From assembly GCA_026391215.1 (NCBI GenBank), contig JAPLDX010000059.1, positions 1 through 64,000 of the forward strand: a stretch of 64,000 nt of DNA. The letters are read 5' to 3'. The stretch comes from Bacteroidia bacterium (GTDB taxonomy: Bacteria > Bacteroidota > Bacteroidia > Bacteroidales > VadinHA17). Shown one piece after another: positions 59,383-64,000 of this stretch. Made by a program: the position numbers and the translations under genes. Position 1 is the stretch's first letter; the number at the start of each line of letters is the position of its first letter. Under the pieces are notes generated by a model that was not told where the DNA came from, did no database searches, and saw only the letters and a list, made by a program, of their open reading frames with translations.

Positions 59383-60006
59383 ATGGTGAAGCATCTCTTC
59401 ATTTATATATTGCTGCTGGCTTTATCCTCTCCTGACCTGCTCTCACAGGAAATGAAAGTCCCTGTTGAACCCTCCGAAACCTGGAGTAATAACCAGCATA
59501 AGCCTGAAAAACTGATGGATGCCATCGGGCTTAAGGAAGGTATGACTATAGCTGATATCGGTGCCGGCCGCGGACGGATGACAGTCTTCTTTTCACTTAA
59601 AGTGGGGGAAACAGGAAAAGTATTTGCAAATGAAATCGATGAGACTGCCCTTGAATATCTGAAAGAACGATGCAAGAAGAACAACATGGATAATGTTACA
59701 ACTTTCCTGGGAACGGTTGACAGTCCCATGCTGCCAGCCGGTGAGGCAGATATTGCATTTATGATCATGACTTACCATCACCTTGCAAAGCCTGTTGAGA
59801 TGATGAAGAATACGATCCCATGCCTGAAAAAAGATGGCGTTCTTGTTGTTGTCGAACATGACCCTGTCAGGTCTGGCGAGACCGGAAGCGAAAGCACTTC
59901 AAGGGAAAAGCTTGCAAGAGAGGCAGATGAAGCCGGATTTAAGATTGTTGATGTCAACAGCGAACTTCTTGAAAGGGACAATATTTTTTTCCTGAAAGAA
60001 AAATAG
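59383..60006 (+). CDS. Class I SAM-dependent methyltransferase with signal peptide
   Basis: IADIGAGRG, YHH motif; hydrophobic N-terminus ending LS-Q. Confidence 0.88.
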   Translation: MVKHLFIYILLLALSSPDLLSQEMKVPVEPSETWSNNQHKPEKLMDAIGLKEGMTIADIGAGRGRMTVFFSLKVGETGKVFANEIDETALEYLKERCKKNNMDNVTTFLGTVDSPMLPAGEADIAFMIMTYHHLAKPVEMMKNTIPCLKKDGVLVVVEHDPVRSGETGSESTSREKLAREADEAGFKIVDVNSELLERDNIFFLKEK

Positions 60007-60061
60007 GGTTTTATCGATATGCAGGGTCTTATAATAAATACTGGTAATCAAAATCCTCCGG

Positions 60062-61264
60062 ATGAAACTATCATCCTTATATTATAATCCCGGTAAAATT
60101 TTCATTTTCTTTATTTTCGTTTTAACTGTTTTACAGACTGGCTGTGAAAAGGAAGAAAAATATCCGGAAGTTTATGAATATAAAACTCCAGATCAACTCA
60201 GTGACGGATGGATCACACAGTCCCTGAGTGATGCAGGAATAAATGAAAAAATCCTGTATAACATGATGAACAGGATTCTTGCAACTTCTGAGCATAATAT
60301 CCACAGCATTCTCATCTTAAAAGACAGTAAACTTTTTTTTGAGGAATATTTTGAAGGAGAAAAGTTTAAACTGGGGAAATATACCGGTGAATACGGATAT
60401 GACAGAGACGATCTTCATACACTTTGCTCAGCCACAAAGAGTTTTGCTTCCGCACTACTGGGTATCGCTTTGGATAAGGGATATATTGCATCAGTGGATA
60501 TGAAGGTATACGATTTCTTCCCTGAAAACTCTGACCTTGTATCTCTCACTCCTGACAAAGGAAATATGACTATAAGACATCTTCTTACCATGACATCCGG
60601 GTTGCAATGGGATGATGAATCCACCTCATATTATGATCCTGCCAATGATATGTACCAGCTTTTCACCAGGAGTGATCCCATGAGATTCATACTTTCTAAA
60701 GACCTTATTAAAGCACCTGGAACATTTTTTGAATATGCAAACTGCAATACAAACTTGCTGGGTGAAATTGTTCACCGGGTAACAAAGATAAGGCTCGATC
60801 TGTTTTGCGACTCATTGTTGTTTTCAAAACTTGGTATTAAAGTATATGAGTGGCAAAAGATCAAACCTGAAATAATTTTTACATCGGGAGATCTTATGCT
60901 CCGTCCAAGAGATATGGCAAAATTCGGACAGCTATTTCTTAACAAAGGTGTCTGGGATGGTGAGCAGGTGATCTCTGAAGAATGGTGCACACTTTCAACA
61001 TCCAAACATATTGATCCAAACGATTATTCAGACAATTTTGACTGGTCAGATGGATATGGCTTTCAATGGTGGCAAAAAGATTATACCAGCAACAAGAAAG
61101 TATATCATTCGTATTTTGCCTCCGGATGGGGTGGCCAGCGGATAATAGTAATTCCTGAGCTTGAAACAGTTATAGTTTTTACAGGAGGCAATTATTACAC
61201 GAATGAAAAAATATCCTGTTATACTATTGTTGAAGATTATATAATACCTGCTTTGCAGGATTAG
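60062..61264 (+). CDS. Serine hydrolase lipoprotein (beta-lactamase-related)
   Basis: Lipobox-like QTGC, SATK, HLLTMTSG, FEYAN, ASGWGGQ. Confidence 0.9.
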   Translation: MKLSSLYYNPGKIFIFFIFVLTVLQTGCEKEEKYPEVYEYKTPDQLSDGWITQSLSDAGINEKILYNMMNRILATSEHNIHSILILKDSKLFFEEYFEGEKFKLGKYTGEYGYDRDDLHTLCSATKSFASALLGIALDKGYIASVDMKVYDFFPENSDLVSLTPDKGNMTIRHLLTMTSGLQWDDESTSYYDPANDMYQLFTRSDPMRFILSKDLIKAPGTFFEYANCNTNLLGEIVHRVTKIRLDLFCDSLLFSKLGIKVYEWQKIKPEIIFTSGDLMLRPRDMAKFGQLFLNKGVWDGEQVISEEWCTLSTSKHIDPNDYSDNFDWSDGYGFQWWQKDYTSNKKVYHSYFASGWGGQRIIVIPELETVIVFTGGNYYTNEKISCYTIVEDYIIPALQD

Positions 61265-61291
61265 ATAAATTATTGATTAAAAGTAAAGTAT

Positions 61292-62371
61292 ATGAATAAG
61301 TTTAAGAATCTAATATTGTTTCAGTCAATTCTGCTGATAATTATCTTCTTTCCCTCGTGCCGGAAGCAAGAAGAGAACGATAGGTTCCCTCTGGCTGATC
61401 AGTATAATATTAACGGTGAACAGCTTACTGCGGCTTTTGATGAAATGAGGACGGTTGAGGGAGCACTAAGCCTTATTGTCTGCCGTGAAGGAACTATTGT
61501 TGCTGAAGAATATACAAACTACAAAACTTACGGCGCCGACAGTATAAAAAACATAATGTCAGTGACAAAAACCTTTACCGGTGTGCTTGTAGGGCTGGCG
61601 ATAGAAAAAGGTTTCATTGAAAGCGTTAATGATCCCATCAGCAAATACCTGACAGGTATCGTGACTTTCCCTGACAATATTAAACCAAACATAACCATTG
61701 ACCAGCTTCTTAAAATGTCTTTCGGGCACTCCTGGAACGGAACCTCGGAGGCCAGCCTGTTTGAGGAATGTTTCTTCGACTCGGAAGATAATCTGCAGTA
61801 TATCATTGACCTTCCTCTGGTAAGCACCCCGGGTGCTGTATTCAATTACAGCGACGGTGCTTCTCATCTGCTTTCAGTGATAATTACAGAAGCCTCCGGC
61901 ATGAATACCCTTGATTTTGCTAAAGAGAATCTCTTTGATCCTCTTGGCATTACAAAGTTCACCTGGGCAACTGATAACAGGGGATACCCTCTCGGTGCGG
62001 CTTATTTACGGATCACTCCTGCTGATATGGTAAAATTCGGAAACCTGATTCTTAACAAGGGAAAATACGACAGCAAGCAGATTGTACCCGAAAGCTGGAT
62101 CAACACAATGACCACCACAAAAATCTCCACTAATAACGATGTGCTTTATGGTCCTGAATATGGCTACCAGATTTGGCTGGGAAGTGCATCAGGACACCGG
62201 TATTATATGGCAATGGGCTGGGGCGGACAGTTTATATTCATTGTTCCCGATCAGGATCTTGTCGTTACTGCCACCTGCTGGACAAGTGATATCACCTATC
62301 AGCAGGCAGGAGAACAGTGGGTCAGTATTATCAGGATCATAGTTGAACAGATCTTCCCGGCAGTGAATTAG
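61292..62371 (+). CDS. Serine hydrolase lipoprotein (beta-lactamase-related)
   Basis: Lipobox-like FPSC, SVTK, FNYSD, AMGWGGQ. Confidence 0.9.
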   Translation: MNKFKNLILFQSILLIIIFFPSCRKQEENDRFPLADQYNINGEQLTAAFDEMRTVEGALSLIVCREGTIVAEEYTNYKTYGADSIKNIMSVTKTFTGVLVGLAIEKGFIESVNDPISKYLTGIVTFPDNIKPNITIDQLLKMSFGHSWNGTSEASLFEECFFDSEDNLQYIIDLPLVSTPGAVFNYSDGASHLLSVIITEASGMNTLDFAKENLFDPLGITKFTWATDNRGYPLGAAYLRITPADMVKFGNLILNKGKYDSKQIVPESWINTMTTTKISTNNDVLYGPEYGYQIWLGSASGHRYYMAMGWGGQFIFIVPDQDLVVTATCWTSDITYQQAGEQWVSIIRIIVEQIFPAVN

Positions 62372-62375
62372 AAAA

Positions 62376-63437
62376 ATGAAAAAGTTACTTTTCCCCCTCC
62401 TCGTTCTGGCAGTCTGGATTTTAGTTTCCTGCAATAAATCCAATGACGGGTACGATTTTGAGTGGCCGGTTTCCACTCCTTCTGCAGAAGGAATGAATCA
62501 GCAAAAACTCGATTCTGCCTGTATAAAAGCTGATGAACTGGGCTTCGTTGATGCCCTATTGGTTTTAAGGAACGGGCACCTTGTTGCAGAAAAATATTAC
62601 AATGGTTATGGTGTTAATACCGAACATCAGATATACTCAGATACAAAGAGCTTTATGTCTGCACTGGTAGGAATTGCCCTTGAGAACGGACTGATAGAGA
62701 ACCTTGATAAGAAAATAATGGATTATTTTCCTGAATATATTTATTCCGGAATGGATAGCCGGTTCTTTGATATTACAGTCAGGCACCTCCTTACAATGAG
62801 GATGGGTATAGATAAAGAAGAGAATACACTTATACCAATTGTTCAAACAAACGACTGGATAAGAGAGACATTCAATCTTCCGTTACTTTTTGATCCCGGA
62901 CAAAAGTTTTCCTATAACTCACTTGAGACTCATCTGCTGTCTGCGATATTGACTAAAGTAACCGGGAAGAGCGCCTTAGAGTTTGCAGTAGAAAATCTGA
63001 CCGGTCCAATGGGTATTGAGATCATTCAATGGAATCATGATCCGCTTGGAAATAATACAGGTGGATATGATATTTACATGAAACCCCGCGATATGGCCGT
63101 TCTGGGATATATGTATCTGAATGACGGAATGATTAATAACACTCAGATTGTCTCAAAGGAATGGGTGGATGTTTCGCTTACAAGGACATGGGCTGCCAAT
63201 TCAAAAAAATGGGGACCTTTGACCGATTATAATTATGGTTACCTGTGGTGGCTCGGCAAGATGAACGGATATGATCTCTTCATGGCGCTGGGTATGGGAG
63301 GACAGTACGTTATTAATTTCCCTGATCTGGATCTGATTGTTGTAACGACCGCAAACAAGGATATCAGCTGGGATAATGAACAGGAGATCCCCATCCTGGA
63401 AATAGTATCAAAATATATCCTAACAGCAATAAATTGA
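62376..63437 (+). CDS. Serine hydrolase lipoprotein (beta-lactamase-related)
   Basis: Lipobox LVSC, SDTK, HLLTM, FSYNS, ALGMGGQ. Confidence 0.9.
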   Translation: MKKLLFPLLVLAVWILVSCNKSNDGYDFEWPVSTPSAEGMNQQKLDSACIKADELGFVDALLVLRNGHLVAEKYYNGYGVNTEHQIYSDTKSFMSALVGIALENGLIENLDKKIMDYFPEYIYSGMDSRFFDITVRHLLTMRMGIDKEENTLIPIVQTNDWIRETFNLPLLFDPGQKFSYNSLETHLLSAILTKVTGKSALEFAVENLTGPMGIEIIQWNHDPLGNNTGGYDIYMKPRDMAVLGYMYLNDGMINNTQIVSKEWVDVSLTRTWAANSKKWGPLTDYNYGYLWWLGKMNGYDLFMALGMGGQYVINFPDLDLIVVTTANKDISWDNEQEIPILEIVSKYILTAIN

Positions 63438-63455
63438 AGAATATCTTCTTTTTGC

Positions 63456-63472
63456 CCTGTCGCCTGTCGCCA
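63456..63472. repeat. Short remnant of the AGGCGAC 7-mer array
   Basis: CCTGTCG CCTGTCG CCA, the reverse complement of the unit at 49237. Confidence 0.5.
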
Positions 63473-63473
63473 T

Positions 63474-64000
63474 TCATTTAAACCAGTTCTCTGAGAAATT
63501 TACCAGATATACCCTGTCTGTTGATCTTGTAAGTGCCGTGTAGAACCACCTCAGGTAGTCGATTGTGATCTCATTTCGATTGAACATCCCCTGATCAATG
63601 AAGACCCTCTCCCACTGTCCTCCCTGGGCTTTGTGGCAGGTAACCGCATAAGCAAATTTTATCTGTAATGCATTGAACCATGGATCCTTCCGGACAGCTT
63701 CATATTGCTTTCGCCTTGTCCTGATATAAAGGTAATCAGCAAGAACATTCTGGAACAGCTCCCTGTTTTTCTCTGCCGGAAGTGCCGGAGTATCAAGGTG
63801 AAGGACATCCATAATAACCTTTGATTCGACCTCGAAATCATAATCGGGAAAATAGAGCGTCATCTCGGCAAACCTGAAACCATAGCGCTCCTCATACTTT
63901 CTTATCTTCTTTATTTCTGCAATATCCCCGTTGGCTATGAACCCCGGACCCTCCTCGTCTTCCTCAACCAGGAAATAATTGTTTTTAACCACCATCACCA
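63474..64000 (-). CDS. RecD-like superfamily 1 helicase, C-terminal part (gene starts beyond the window)
   Basis: FIANGD, FAYAVTCHKAQGGQW (motif V), WFYTALTRS (motif VI). Confidence 0.88.
   Translation of the reverse strand, partial: VMVVKNNYFLVEEDEEGPGFIANGDIAEIKKIRKYEERYGFRFAEMTLYFPDYDFEVESKVIMDVLHLDTPALPAEKNRELFQNVLADYLYIRTRRKQYEAVRKDPWFNALQIKFAYAVTCHKAQGGQWERVFIDQGMFNRNEITIDYLRWFYTALTRSTDRVYLVNFSENWFK

Noticed and set aside
55601-63437. Integron cassette array
   Set aside because: No integrase and no recognisable attC sites; several spacers are too short (4-27 nt)
56203-63437. True AmpC beta-lactamase resistance genes
   Set aside because: Lack the KTG triad of class C enzymes and show GxGGQ of NylB/esterase-type hydrolases; resistance cannot be claimed from sequence

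Overview
Chromosomal window from a Bacteroidota genome, probably an anaerobic Bacteroidales-like lineage. Support: recurring TAnnTTTG promoter boxes, signal peptides followed by Gln, a BT_3928-family gene, a FISUMP protein and a PorE-like OmpA protein. Most of it is housekeeping: cdaA, folP, tmk, tpiA, rsmE, ECF sigma, uvrA, serC/serA, gcvT, guaA, rnz, rpsA, ugd-rmlACD-pgm and part of a RecD-like helicase. Accessory blocks sit at both ends: secreted/lipoprotein genes at 1-9.3 kb, and nine co-oriented genes with four serine hydrolases at 55.6-63.4 kb. I saw no rRNA, tRNA, CRISPR, transposase, integrase or phage genes. Most interesting signals: (1) a family of REPIN-like palindromic elements with interchangeable arms and a 35-bp palindrome nested in the hairpin loop; (2) an Hpt-STAS-[TerB/FHA-like ABCG exporter] unit convergent with SiaB-SiaC, possibly a phosphorylation-controlled export module; (3) a canonical tmk in the slot I recall being held by DUF1599 in other Bacteroidota; (4) a 1494-aa exported, internally repeated beta-protein with a winged-helix-like insert; (5) a serine cluster without serB but with ComB and DUF1015. 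All family calls come from motif recognition only; no searches were run.
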